A stretch of DNA of 64,000 nt from Planctomycetota bacterium (GTDB lineage: Bacteria; Planctomycetota; UBA1135; JADKAF01). Below are positions 1-9,013 of the stretch, one piece after another. Every line of letters begins with the position of its first letter. The stretch's first letter is position 1. The notes below the pieces were generated by a model, which saw nothing but the letters and a program-made list of their open reading frames with translations, was not told the DNA's origin and ran no database searches. The translations under genes and the position numbers were made by a program. The DNA is taken from the NCBI GenBank assembly GCA_016793245.1, contig JAEUHW010000351.1, positions 5,987 to 69,986 of the forward strand. The letters run 5' to 3'.

Positions 1-109
1 GCAGCGCGACGCCGTTCGATGCTTGGGCCGAGACCTGCGTCGTCGGGAAGGCGAGGAACGCGCTGAAGGCGCAGGCCAAGACGGCGGCGCGGCGAACGGC
101 GGAGAGCAT
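1..109 (-). CDS. N-terminal (signal peptide) end of a secreted protein; the gene runs off the left edge
   Basis: Minus-strand ATG at 107-109 opens MLSAVRRAAVLACAFSAFLAFPTTQVSAQASNGVAL. This is a classic n/h/c signal peptide with an AQA cleavage motif. GGAG lies about 11 nt upstream and the frame stays open to position 1. The ORF is too short for the ORF track. Confidence 0.4.
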   Translation of the reverse strand, partial: MLSAVRRAAVLACAFSAFLAFPTTQVSAQASNGVAL

Positions 110-211
110 GGGGCGGGAGCTCCGTGTGGGGAGGGGAGTCGGAAGAGCGCGATCCAATCTATCCGTCCTCGGCGAGAAGCCGGAAGAGCGCGCTCAGCCG
201 ACGCGCCGCGA

Positions 212-988
212 TCAATACTTGAAGCCTAGCTTCTTGCCCTCGCCCTTCGCCCACTCCTTGTAGAACTTCTTCTCCTTGAACTCGACGCTCGTGAGCTCCT
301 TCAGGGCCTTCGCGACGTCGAGACGCCAGACGTCCCACTTCTTCCAGCGCATCTCCCAGTACGAGGCCGGGGGGTTCGCGCCGTCGTCCACGTTCTCGGG
401 GATCGGCTCGTTCAGATTGTCGACGAGGAGGCGGAAGGCGCGCTTCTCCTTGCCCTTGCCGAAGAGCCGGACGATGCGCTGCTGCACGGCGGGCGGGGTC
501 GCGTCCTTCTCGAAGAGCGGCGCGAGGATCTCGTAGTGCGCAGGGTCGTATGCCTCGAAGAGCAGCGAGTCGAGCAAGGCGAGCAACACGACTTGCTGCT
601 CCTCGCCCTGGAGCCCTTTCAAGCACGCGGCGATGCCGACCTTCGCCTTGGCGCCGTCCTGCCGCCCCAGCGCCTTCGCCGCATCCGCGCGCACGATCGG
701 ATTGGGATCGGCCAGCACGATCTTCTGCAGCTCCGCCGCGAGGCGATCGCTGCGATGCGTGGAGAGCTTCTTCACGGCCTCGAGGCGTCGACCGAGGTCG
801 GCCGACTTGGTGTAGAGGCGCTTGAAGTCGGCGACCCGTTCGGCCGCCTCCTTGTCATCGAGTGCCGGCAGCGGCGGCGGCGGCTCGTCGGGCTTAGCCG
901 CCGGCGCCGGCTGCTGGGCCAACAAGACCGAGGAGAGCAGCGCGCTCAGGGCGAGAGCGGCGCACGCCTGGTTTCGGAAGAGGTACAT
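212..988 (-). CDS. secreted HEAT/ARM-like repeat protein (258 aa)
   Basis: ORF-track protein with a signal peptide (ALALSALLSSVLLAQQ), a Pro-rich linker, then HEAT-like helical repeats (e.g. ADPNPIVRADAAKALG). GGAG lies 5 nt upstream of the ATG. Confidence 0.75.
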   Translation of the reverse strand: MYLFRNQACAALALSALLSSVLLAQQPAPAAKPDEPPPPLPALDDKEAAERVADFKRLYTKSADLGRRLEAVKKLSTHRSDRLAAELQKIVLADPNPIVRADAAKALGRQDGAKAKVGIAACLKGLQGEEQQVVLLALLDSLLFEAYDPAHYEILAPLFEKDATPPAVQQRIVRLFGKGKEKRAFRLLVDNLNEPIPENVDDGANPPASYWEMRWKKWDVWRLDVAKALKELTSVEFKEKKFYKEWAKGEGKKLGFKY

Positions 989-1040
989 GGGGACTCCGCA
1001 GGGGAAGGAGCTGGGAGGGAGCGTTCGAGAGCTTCGGGCC

Positions 1041-2777
1041 TCACTCGATGTGCACGTGTCGGCCGCCGTTCTCGGTGGCGAGCCGCTTCATGAACACCGC
1101 GTCGTTCACATCGCCGAAGGTGATCGTGTGGATCACCACCTGGCTCAGTTGGTTCCGCTCGCGGACGTGGCGCAGGATCTCCTCGGTGTCGATCACCGGG
1201 CCGACCGTGGGGGCGCCGTCCGAGAGCAGGTAGATCGTATCGAATTCGGTCTCGTAGTAGCGATCGCGCAAGCCGCGCCCGGCGGCGCCTAGCGCCGCCT
1301 GCATCGCATCCCAGACGTTCGTCGCGCCCGCCGGCGCGGTGAGGCGCAGGAAGGTGACCAGCTCGGTCTTCGCGCGATCGTCGAGCGTCTGCATCGGCGG
1401 GCGATCGTCCTTGCCCATCTTCCAGACGCGCACGTCGTCGCTGAAGAAGATGAGGTTCGCCTGCGTGTCCGGAGACAGCGAGAGCACGAGGCGCTCGAGC
1501 TCCTTCTGCACGATCGCGAACTTGGTGTCGTTGGCCGCGAGATTCGCGTACTTGCCCTTCAGGTTCGCGGGCTCGAGCATCGAGCCGCTGCGGTCCACCA
1601 CGAAGAGCACGCGCTTCGACTTCACGTCGATGTTGAAGTAGCGCAGGTACTGGGAGTCGCCCTCGCTCTGCTTCGGCGCCTTCGCCGCGTCGAGGATCAC
1701 CATCGAGCTGCCGTTCTTCTTCCAGAACTCCTCCCACGCGCCGATCTGATCGCCGGGGATCTCCTGCCCGGTGAGCGAGTAGAGGGCGTCTTGCAGCCCC
1801 CCCATCACCTGGGCGGTCTTCTCCTTCGCGAGGCGGGCCTTCTCGGCCTTCAAGCCCTCGATCAGATAGGGCACGGCGAGGCGCGTCCGCAGCCGCAGGA
1901 GACAGCTCGAAGCCGCTTGGCGGATCTGCCACGATTTGTCCTGCACGAGGCGCTGCCCCACGGCGTCGACGACCTGTGTGCCCAGGAGAGCCGGCTCGGT
2001 CTTCCGCTCGGCGCCCTTCAGCGTCTCGTCGACGAAGGGACGCGCGGCACCGGCGAGCGCGTGGATCGCGCCCAGCTTCACCGGCAGATCGCCGGTCTTC
2101 AGCGCGCCGAGCAGGACCGTGACCAGCTCGGGATCACCGCCGGGAAAGGCCGCCAAGGCGCGGACCACCTCGAGCTGGACCGGCGCTTCGCGCACCGCGG
2201 CCAGCGCGAGCAGGCGCGAGCGCGCGCCGTCCCCGCCCACCATGCCGAGTACTTCGATCGCCGCGAGGCGCGGGTCGTCGGCCTCGGTCTTGCCGCGCTT
2301 TGCGAGCTGCTGATCGAGGAACGGGAGCAGCACCGCGGCCTCGAGCTTCGCCAGCCCTTCGCGTGCGCCCGTGCGCAGGAACCACGGCTGATTGCGGATC
2401 ACCAGAGCGCCCTGATCCGCCGTGGCATCGGCCTCGTACAGGGCCGCCTTCCAGAGGCGCTGCGCGGCCTCGAGCCCTCCGGGCTTCGCGACGAGGCGCT
2501 TCACCAACGCGAGGTACTCCTCGCGCTTCGCGGCGGCGCGCTTGCCGTCGCTCGCCTGGCCGTGCAAATCGATGACACCTTTCTCGAGCTCGCTCCAGAA
2601 CGCCGTCCACGCGCCGAGCGCGGCGGTGAGCTCGGGATCGGCCGGCGGCTCTTCCTGCGCGGGCTTCTTGCCGCGCTGCGCGTCGAGCGGGGCCGCGAGG
2701 AGTGCGCAGACCAGCGCGAGCACGAGGCCGCGCCCGAGAGGCCGAAGGGTATCCGCAGCAAACGACGTTCGGGACAT
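1041..2777 (-). CDS. secreted HEAT-repeat protein with a C-terminal von Willebrand factor A (vWA) domain
   Basis: 578 aa with a signal peptide (LVLALVCALLAAPLDAQ) and a long HEAT-like helical region. The C-terminal vWA domain has a MIDAS motif (VLFVVDRSGSM) and LSDGAPT, and the protein ends GGRHVHIE. Confidence 0.85.
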   Translation of the reverse strand: MSRTSFAADTLRPLGRGLVLALVCALLAAPLDAQRGKKPAQEEPPADPELTAALGAWTAFWSELEKGVIDLHGQASDGKRAAAKREEYLALVKRLVAKPGGLEAAQRLWKAALYEADATADQGALVIRNQPWFLRTGAREGLAKLEAAVLLPFLDQQLAKRGKTEADDPRLAAIEVLGMVGGDGARSRLLALAAVREAPVQLEVVRALAAFPGGDPELVTVLLGALKTGDLPVKLGAIHALAGAARPFVDETLKGAERKTEPALLGTQVVDAVGQRLVQDKSWQIRQAASSCLLRLRTRLAVPYLIEGLKAEKARLAKEKTAQVMGGLQDALYSLTGQEIPGDQIGAWEEFWKKNGSSMVILDAAKAPKQSEGDSQYLRYFNIDVKSKRVLFVVDRSGSMLEPANLKGKYANLAANDTKFAIVQKELERLVLSLSPDTQANLIFFSDDVRVWKMGKDDRPPMQTLDDRAKTELVTFLRLTAPAGATNVWDAMQAALGAAGRGLRDRYYETEFDTIYLLSDGAPTVGPVIDTEEILRHVRERNQLSQVVIHTITFGDVNDAVFMKRLATENGGRHVHIE

Positions 2778-2786
2778 CGATCCTTC

Positions 2787-4544
2787 TCAATCCATGTGCA
2801 CGTGACGACCACCGGAGCGCGTCGCGAGCTCGGCCACGAACTTCGCGTTGTTCTGATCCCCGAAGGTGATCGCGTGGATCTTCACCCGGCGCAGCACGTT
2901 GACCTCGTCGACGCGGCGCAGGATCTCGTCCTCGTCGATCACCGGCCCCGCCGTGGGCTTGCCGTCGGAGAGCAGGTAGATCGTATCGAATGCGGATTCG
3001 TACGCGCTGTCCTTGAGCCCCCGCCCCGCGATGTCGAGCGCGCGATCGAGCGCCGTGTAGAGGTTCGTGCCGCCGTTCGGCGCGATGTTGCGGACGTAGC
3101 GCACGATCTCGCTCTTGCCGCGCGTCGTGAGCGGGATCAGCTCCGGCCGCCCGCCCTCGGTCGTGCGGTACGCCTCGACGCCGTCGCCGAAGAACAGCAC
3201 GTTCACCTGCGTGGTCTCTGGCAGCGCCTGCAGCAGCGTCTCCAGCTCGTCCTGCACGTACGCGAACTTGCTCGAGGTCTGCCCGCTCTGCTTGCCGTAG
3301 CGATCGCGCCGCGCCGCGGGCTCGGCCATCGAACCGCTGCGATCGACGATGAAGAGGATGCGGTCGGAGGTGATCTCGAGCTGGAAGTACTGCAAGTAGC
3401 CGGCGTTCTTCGTCGCGCGGTCCTGCACCTTCGCCACGGCCTCGGCGACCGTGAAGCTCGCGCCGTTCTTCGCCCACCATTCCTTCCACCACTCGGGGCG
3501 ATCGGCGCCGATGCTCTGGCCGGTGACGCCCTCCAGCAGCGCGTGGATGCGGTTCCGCACCTCGACGCGCTCCCCCGCCGCGAGGCGCTCCGACTCGCGC
3601 GCGAACGCGGCGATCAGCATCTCGATCCCGGCGCGGCACTTCAGGCGCGCCAGCGCATCGGCCGCGGCGAGGCGCACTTGCCAGCTCGCGTCCTCGAGCG
3701 CGAGACGCCCGAGCTTCCCGACGAGGTCTTGCGCCTGCGCCTCGAGCAACGCGCGCCGCCCCTCCTTCTTCGTCTCGTCGATGCGCGGGGCCGCGAGCGA
3801 CGCCAGTGCATGCGCGAGGGCGCAGCGCTCCGCGATCGCCCCTTGGCCCGCGACGGCCAGCACCGCCGCGATGGCCTCGTCGTCTCCAGGGAGGGCGCGC
3901 GCGAGGTCGCTCGCGATCTCGATCCGCTCCTTCTCGTCGGCCTTGGCGAAGAGCGCGAGCAGCGGCGCCTTCACGCGATCGCCGCCGAGCAGCGCGAGGA
4001 TCTCGGACGCGGCGAGGCGCGGTGAGGACTCCTTCGCCTTGCCCTTCTTCTGGCCGTGCTCGAGCAACCAGGGCACGAGCTCGTCGGGCGGCAGAGTCGC
4101 CAGGGCCTTCCGCGCTTCGGTGCGCAAGAACCAGGGCGCGGCGCGCAAATGCGTCAGGCCGAGGTTGTGCTCCGGGTCGACCTCGAAGAGGGCGACCTTC
4201 CAGAGCATGGGCGCGACGTCCTTCACCTCGAGGCTCCGCGCGAGGTCGAGCAGCAACGCCGCCGCCTCGCGGCGCAGCGTGCGCGCCGGTTCGGGTCGGC
4301 GCTCGTCCCCCTGCAGGAGCAACTGCAGCCCGTCGACCTTCTTCCACCACTCCTCGAAGAGGCGCTTCTTCTCGCGCCAGAGCGCTCGTCCGCCGCGCTC
4401 TTCCTGTGCGCTCGCCGTCGGCGCGAGCAGCAGGAAGGCGCCGAGCAGAAGAGCGGCGCACCGCCGGAAGCGGGAGGTCGCGAGGAGTGGATCCGAAGCG
4501 TGCTCCGCCGGACGGGGAGGCGGAGCCGGGGCGCGATCGGGCAT
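2787..4544 (-). CDS. secreted HEAT-repeat + vWA protein, tandem paralog of 1041..2777
   Basis: 585 aa with the same architecture as its neighbour: a signal peptide (LLLGAFLLLAPTASAQ), HEAT-like repeats, and a vWA MIDAS motif (ILFIVDRSGSM, LSDGKPT). It ends GGRHVHMD. Only 9 nt separate its stop from the neighbour's start. Confidence 0.85.
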   Translation of the reverse strand: MPDRAPAPPPRPAEHASDPLLATSRFRRCAALLLGAFLLLAPTASAQEERGGRALWREKKRLFEEWWKKVDGLQLLLQGDERRPEPARTLRREAAALLLDLARSLEVKDVAPMLWKVALFEVDPEHNLGLTHLRAAPWFLRTEARKALATLPPDELVPWLLEHGQKKGKAKESSPRLAASEILALLGGDRVKAPLLALFAKADEKERIEIASDLARALPGDDEAIAAVLAVAGQGAIAERCALAHALASLAAPRIDETKKEGRRALLEAQAQDLVGKLGRLALEDASWQVRLAAADALARLKCRAGIEMLIAAFARESERLAAGERVEVRNRIHALLEGVTGQSIGADRPEWWKEWWAKNGASFTVAEAVAKVQDRATKNAGYLQYFQLEITSDRILFIVDRSGSMAEPAARRDRYGKQSGQTSSKFAYVQDELETLLQALPETTQVNVLFFGDGVEAYRTTEGGRPELIPLTTRGKSEIVRYVRNIAPNGGTNLYTALDRALDIAGRGLKDSAYESAFDTIYLLSDGKPTAGPVIDEDEILRRVDEVNVLRRVKIHAITFGDQNNAKFVAELATRSGGRHVHMD

Positions 4545-4769
4545 GGCGTGGCGCGAAGCGTGGGGTACGCGGGGGCCGAGCCGCGGCGGGGAGGTTGCGC
4601 GCTGAGCCTAGCCCGTGCTCGGCCGCAGGCAACGAAGGAAGACGGGAAATCACCGCGGCGCTCTCCCAAGCGCCTCGGCCCTGGTGCATCATCTCGCGCT
4701 CGTTCCGCCGGCAGGCGCAGCGCCGAGCGCGCGCCATCGGCCCTTTCCCCATCGTCCCGCCGGGTCTCG

Positions 4770-6638
4770 ATGTCCCAATCCGATTCCGCCGTCCGCCCCA
4801 CCCGCAAGGTCGAGACGCTCGACCAGGTCGTGATCCGCTTCGCCGGCGACTCCGGCGACGGGATGCAGCTCACGGGGAGCCAGTTCACGAACACCGCGGC
4901 GCTGATGGGCAACGATCTCGCGACGCTGCCCGACTTCCCGGCGGAGATCCGCGCCCCCGCCGGCACGCTCGCCGGGGTCTCGGGCTTCCAGCTCCGCTTC
5001 TCCAGCTACGACATCCACACGCCGGGTGACGCGCCCGATGTGCTCGTCGCGATGAATGCGGCCGCGCTGAAGGTGAACCTCGGCGATCTCCGCGCCGGCG
5101 GCCTGCTGATCGTGAACACCGGCGGCTTCGGCAAGAAGGAGCTGGACATGGCGGGCTACCCGAAGAGCCCGCTGGAAGGCGACGCGCTGCGCGCCTACCG
5201 CGTCGTCGCGGTCGATCTCAACGACCTCACCAAGCGCGCGCTCGAGGGCCTCGGGCTCTCGATGAAGGAGGCGCTGCGCTGCAAGAACTTCTTCGCGCTG
5301 GGCGTGTGCTGCTGGCTCTTCAGTCGCCCGCTGGACCCGACGGAGACCTGGATCAAGTCCAAGTTCGCGAAGAACGAGCAGATGGTCGAGGCGAACCTGC
5401 GCGTCTTGCGCGCGGGCTTCAACTTCGCCGACACGACCGAGCTCTTCCAGACGGTGTACGAGGTCCCGCCCGCGGCGATGCCGAAGGGCACCTACCGCAA
5501 CGTCATGGGCAACGAAGCGCTCTCGATGGGCTTCCTCGCCGCGAGCGAGCTCTCGGGGCTCGAGATCTTCCTCGGCTCCTATCCCATCACGCCGGCGAGC
5601 GACATCCTGCACACGCTCGCCGCGTACAAGAACTTCGGCGTCACGACTTTCCAGGCCGAGGACGAGATCGCGGCGATCACTTCCGCGATCGGCGCTTCCT
5701 ACGCCGGCAAGATCGGGATGACCACGACCAGCGGCCCGGGTGTCGCGCTGAAGACCGAGGCGCTCGGCCTCGCGGTCTCGCTGGAGCTGCCCCTCGTCCT
5801 CGTCAACGTGCAGCGCGGCGGCCCGAGCACCGGCTTGCCGACGAAGACCGAGCAGGCCGACCTGTTCCAGGCCGTGCTCGGCCGCAACGGCGAGGCGCCG
5901 ATCCCGGTGATCGCCGCAGCGTCGCCCTCCGACTGCTTCTATGCGGCGATCGAGGCCGTGCGCCTCGCGATCCGCTACATGACGCCGGTGATCCTGCTCT
6001 CCGACGGCTACATCGCGAACGGCTCCGAGCCCTGGCTGCTGCCGAAGGTCGCCGATCTGCCGAAGATCGAGGTGCGCTTCGCCGGCCAGAACGGCGAGCC
6101 GACTCCCGCGAATTTCCTCCCGTATCTGCGGGACGAGAAGACCTTGGCGCGCCCTTGGGCCGTGCCGGGCACGCCGGGCTACGAGCACCGCATCGGCGGC
6201 ATCGAGAAGGCCGACAAGACCGGCTCGATCTCCTACGACGCCGAGAACCATGAGCGCATGTGCAAGCTGCGGCAGGAGAAGGTGAACCGCATCGCCTCCG
6301 ATTGTCCGCCGCCCGAATTCGAAGGCGACGAAGACGCGGACCTGGTCGTTCTCGGCTGGGGCTCGACGCACGGCGCGATCACCGGCGCGGTGCGGCAAGC
6401 GCGCGCGAAGGGCCTCTCCGTCGCGCGCTGCCATCTGCGCCACGTCTGGCCGTTCCCCGTGGGACTGGGCCCGATCCTGAAGCGCGCGAAGAAGGTCCTG
6501 ATCCCCGAGATGAACCTCGGCCAGCTCTGGCGCCTCGTGCGCTCCGAATACCTGGTCGATGCCATCTCGTTGCCCAAGGTGCAGGGCCGACCGTTCACCA
6601 GCTCCGAGATCCTGGAGAAGATCCAGTCGCTGAGCTGA
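4770..6638 (+). CDS. korA: 2-oxoglutarate/2-oxoacid:ferredoxin oxidoreductase, fused alpha(+gamma) subunit
   Basis: ATG at 4770 in the frame of ORF 4056..6638; the upstream 238 codons are Arg/Ala-rich read-through. The protein begins MSQSDS...VVIRFAGDSGDGMQLTG, followed by a long alpha domain (GSYPITPASDIL, FQAEDEIAA). At 622 aa it resembles the mycobacterial KorA type. Confidence 0.9.
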   Translation: MSQSDSAVRPTRKVETLDQVVIRFAGDSGDGMQLTGSQFTNTAALMGNDLATLPDFPAEIRAPAGTLAGVSGFQLRFSSYDIHTPGDAPDVLVAMNAAALKVNLGDLRAGGLLIVNTGGFGKKELDMAGYPKSPLEGDALRAYRVVAVDLNDLTKRALEGLGLSMKEALRCKNFFALGVCCWLFSRPLDPTETWIKSKFAKNEQMVEANLRVLRAGFNFADTTELFQTVYEVPPAAMPKGTYRNVMGNEALSMGFLAASELSGLEIFLGSYPITPASDILHTLAAYKNFGVTTFQAEDEIAAITSAIGASYAGKIGMTTTSGPGVALKTEALGLAVSLELPLVLVNVQRGGPSTGLPTKTEQADLFQAVLGRNGEAPIPVIAAASPSDCFYAAIEAVRLAIRYMTPVILLSDGYIANGSEPWLLPKVADLPKIEVRFAGQNGEPTPANFLPYLRDEKTLARPWAVPGTPGYEHRIGGIEKADKTGSISYDAENHERMCKLRQEKVNRIASDCPPPEFEGDEDADLVVLGWGSTHGAITGAVRQARAKGLSVARCHLRHVWPFPVGLGPILKRAKKVLIPEMNLGQLWRLVRSEYLVDAISLPKVQGRPFTSSEILEKIQSLS

Positions 6639-6709
6639 GCTGAGCCGATCCAACTACCGCATCCTCCGCCGATTCGATTCGCTGTAGCTGACGCTGCGAG
6701 AAGAGCTCC

Positions 6710-7741
6710 ATGACCCCGACGACCGAGGCGACCGCGCCCACGTACACGAAGAAGGACTTCGAGAGCGACCAGACGATCCGCTGGTGCCCCGGCTGCGGGG
6801 ACTACGCGATCCTGGCCACCGTGCAGTCGGTGCTCGCTGGCCTCGGGATCCCGCGCGAGGAGTTCGCGGTGGTCTCGGGAATCGGCTGCTCCAGCCGCTT
6901 CCCCTACTACCTCTCGACCTACGGCTTCCACTCGATCCACGGCCGCGCGCCGGCGATCGCGACGGGGGTCAAGCTCGCGAATCCGAAGCTCTCGGTGTGG
7001 GTCGTCACCGGTGACGGCGACGGCCTCTCGATCGGCGGCAATCACCTGCTGCACGTGCTGCGCCGCAACGTGGACCTGAAGATCCTGATGTTCAACAATC
7101 GGATCTACGGGCTCACGAAGGGGCAGTACTCGCCGACCTCCGAGCAGGGCAAGGTCACGAAGTCGACGCCCTACGGTTCGGTCGACAACCCCGTCGACCC
7201 GGTGAACTTCGCCCTCGCCGCCGGTGCGACCTTCGTGGCGCGTTCGGTCGACGTCTTCCGCCAGCACCTCTCCGACACGGTCGCCGCGGCGGCGATGCAC
7301 CGCGGCGCCGCGTTCGTCGAGATCTACCAGAACTGCAACATCTTCAACGACGGCGCATTCGAGTCGCTGACCGCGAAGGCCACGCGCGAAGAGAAGGCGC
7401 TCTACCTCGAGCACGGCCAGCCGCTGCGCTACGGCCCGGAGAAGTCGATGGGCTTCGCGCTGAAGGGCGCGAGCCTCGAGAAGATCGACTTGAAGCAGCA
7501 CCCGGAGCGCGAGAAGGACCTGCTGATCTGGGATCAGGAAGAACCCTCGGGGACGCTCGGCATGTTGGCGAATCACCTGCCGAAGGATCCGGCCAACCCG
7601 GTGCCGCTCGGGATCTTCCGTCGCCTCGAGAAGCCGACCTTCGACGCCGGCATGCGCGCGCAGATCGACGCCGCGCGCGCGAAGCGCGGTCCGGGCAACC
7701 TGGAGAAGCTGCTCTACTCCGGGACGACCTGGACGGTGTAG
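6710..7741 (+). CDS. korB: 2-oxoglutarate/2-oxoacid:ferredoxin oxidoreductase beta subunit (TPP-binding)
   Basis: 343 aa with WCPGCGDYAIL and a TPP motif VVTGDGDGLSIGGNH. It sits directly downstream of korA. Confidence 0.92.
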   Translation: MTPTTEATAPTYTKKDFESDQTIRWCPGCGDYAILATVQSVLAGLGIPREEFAVVSGIGCSSRFPYYLSTYGFHSIHGRAPAIATGVKLANPKLSVWVVTGDGDGLSIGGNHLLHVLRRNVDLKILMFNNRIYGLTKGQYSPTSEQGKVTKSTPYGSVDNPVDPVNFALAAGATFVARSVDVFRQHLSDTVAAAAMHRGAAFVEIYQNCNIFNDGAFESLTAKATREEKALYLEHGQPLRYGPEKSMGFALKGASLEKIDLKQHPEREKDLLIWDQEEPSGTLGMLANHLPKDPANPVPLGIFRRLEKPTFDAGMRAQIDAARAKRGPGNLEKLLYSGTTWTV

Positions 7742-7768
7742 GCGGACCCGGCATCTAGAAGACTGCGA

Positions 7769-7818
7769 GCGACGAAACGCGGCGGGCCAGCGAATGCTGG
7801 CCCGCTGCGTTTCGTCGC
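7769..7818. terminator. long GC-rich hairpin between convergent korB and the 7848..8942 gene (putative bidirectional terminator)
   Basis: GCGACGAAACGCGGCGGGCCAGC-GAAT-GCTGGCCCGCTGCGTTTCGTCGC forms a 23-bp stem with one G-U pair. There is no clean U-tract outside the stem. Confidence 0.55.
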
Positions 7819-7847
7819 CCGGAGTCGTTCGTTGTGCGACGCGCGGG

Positions 7848-8942
7848 TCAGCGCGAGAGCAGCTCGCGCAAGTGGAACGCCGCGCCTTCGCGATCTTCCG
7901 CGGGTTCGAAGGCGAGGTCGTCGAGAGCCCAGCGGCCGTTCTTCTTCGACCATTCGACCAAGTAGGAGCCCGCGGGGGTCGCGACCTCGACGGAGCCGCG
8001 CGTCGCCGAGAGCGGGAGCGCCCCGGGTCGCACCCAGGAGCGCAGGCGCTCGTCGAGGCCGCCGAAGGAGCTCAGCGCTTCGGCCAGAGCCTTCCCGTCG
8101 GGGCGCTCGGCGCCCGCCTCCAAGTGCACCCCCGCGAGGAGCTCGGCGCCGTCCTTCGCCGCGATCGCGCGGCGCAGGTTCTCGACGAGCGGCCCGGCCG
8201 CGCTCGCCGGATCGAGCTCGAGAGCGGAGCTCGAGAGCACCTGCACCGCGAACGCGCTCGAGCCACGCCGCACGACCTCCTCGGGCGCGGTGCCGAACAT
8301 GAGCTCGCTCAAGCAACCCGTCAGCGTCATCGGCGCGAGATCCATCTCGGGAATGACGCGCCCCGTCGCCGGCTGCACGCTCTCGAACTCGATCTCGAAT
8401 TCCGCGACCGGCCAAGCTGCGGGGCCCTTCTCCTGCTCCTCGCGCGCGGCGCCGAAGCGCAGTCGCACGCCGTGCAGCAGCTCTTCCTTGCGCGCGGCGG
8501 GCCGCGGCTCGGACTTCCCTTCCTGGTGCTCTTCGGGGCGCAGCTCGTGCTCCGAGCGGATCTGGAGCTCCCAGTTCGCGACGACGTGCTGCGCGTCCGC
8601 GGGCAGGCCCTCGATCTTCGGGCTCTGCTCCAGCGCCGCGCGCTGGAACTTGCCGGCGTGCGAAGCGAGGAGCGCTCCGGCGTGCTTCAGGCCCTGGGCG
8701 AAGGCTTGCTGCTCTTCCTTGCCCATGCCCTCGCGCATCTCGCGAGGTTGGAACGGCAGCACCTTCGCGGCCTCGCCGCTCGCGAGAGCGTCGAGGAAGG
8801 CGCGCGCCTTCTCACCGAGGAACCCCGCGGGGAGGCTCTGCGCTCGCGGCTCCTGTGCCGCGAGCTCGCCGACGAAGAGAACCAGCGCGCCGAGCGCGCC
8901 GCCGATCGAGATCGTACGCATGCGCATTCCCATGATCGCCAT
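7848..8942 (-). CDS. secreted hypothetical protein (364 aa)
   Basis: N-terminal signal-like segment (RTISIGGALGALVLFVGELAAQEP) and a balanced, non-Arg-biased composition. No family recognised. It lies 72 nt downstream of the sigma-factor gene on the same strand. Confidence 0.7.
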   Translation of the reverse strand: MAIMGMRMRTISIGGALGALVLFVGELAAQEPRAQSLPAGFLGEKARAFLDALASGEAAKVLPFQPREMREGMGKEEQQAFAQGLKHAGALLASHAGKFQRAALEQSPKIEGLPADAQHVVANWELQIRSEHELRPEEHQEGKSEPRPAARKEELLHGVRLRFGAAREEQEKGPAAWPVAEFEIEFESVQPATGRVIPEMDLAPMTLTGCLSELMFGTAPEEVVRRGSSAFAVQVLSSSALELDPASAAGPLVENLRRAIAAKDGAELLAGVHLEAGAERPDGKALAEALSSFGGLDERLRSWVRPGALPLSATRGSVEVATPAGSYLVEWSKKNGRWALDDLAFEPAEDREGAAFHLRELLSR

Positions 8943-9013
8943 CCTCGCGCCAGCGCGCGTCGTGCTCGACGAGAGCTGGAACGACGCGGCGCGGCTATGT
9001 GCTCGCCGGCGGT

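Noticed and set aside
1791-4025. 744-aa + strand ORF (and the overlapping 872-aa minus-strand ORF 2134..4752)
   Set aside because: The products are extremely Arg/Ala/Gly/Glu-rich and low-complexity. They lie antisense or out of frame to the two HEAT-vWA genes, which have signal peptides and recognisable domains. Such shadow ORFs are typical of GC-rich DNA.
4689-6653. 654-aa minus-strand ORF antisense to korA (also 5306..6253 and 6233..7576)
   Set aside because: The composition is Arg/Asp/Ala/Gly junk, while korA and korB on the + strand carry unmistakable family motifs.
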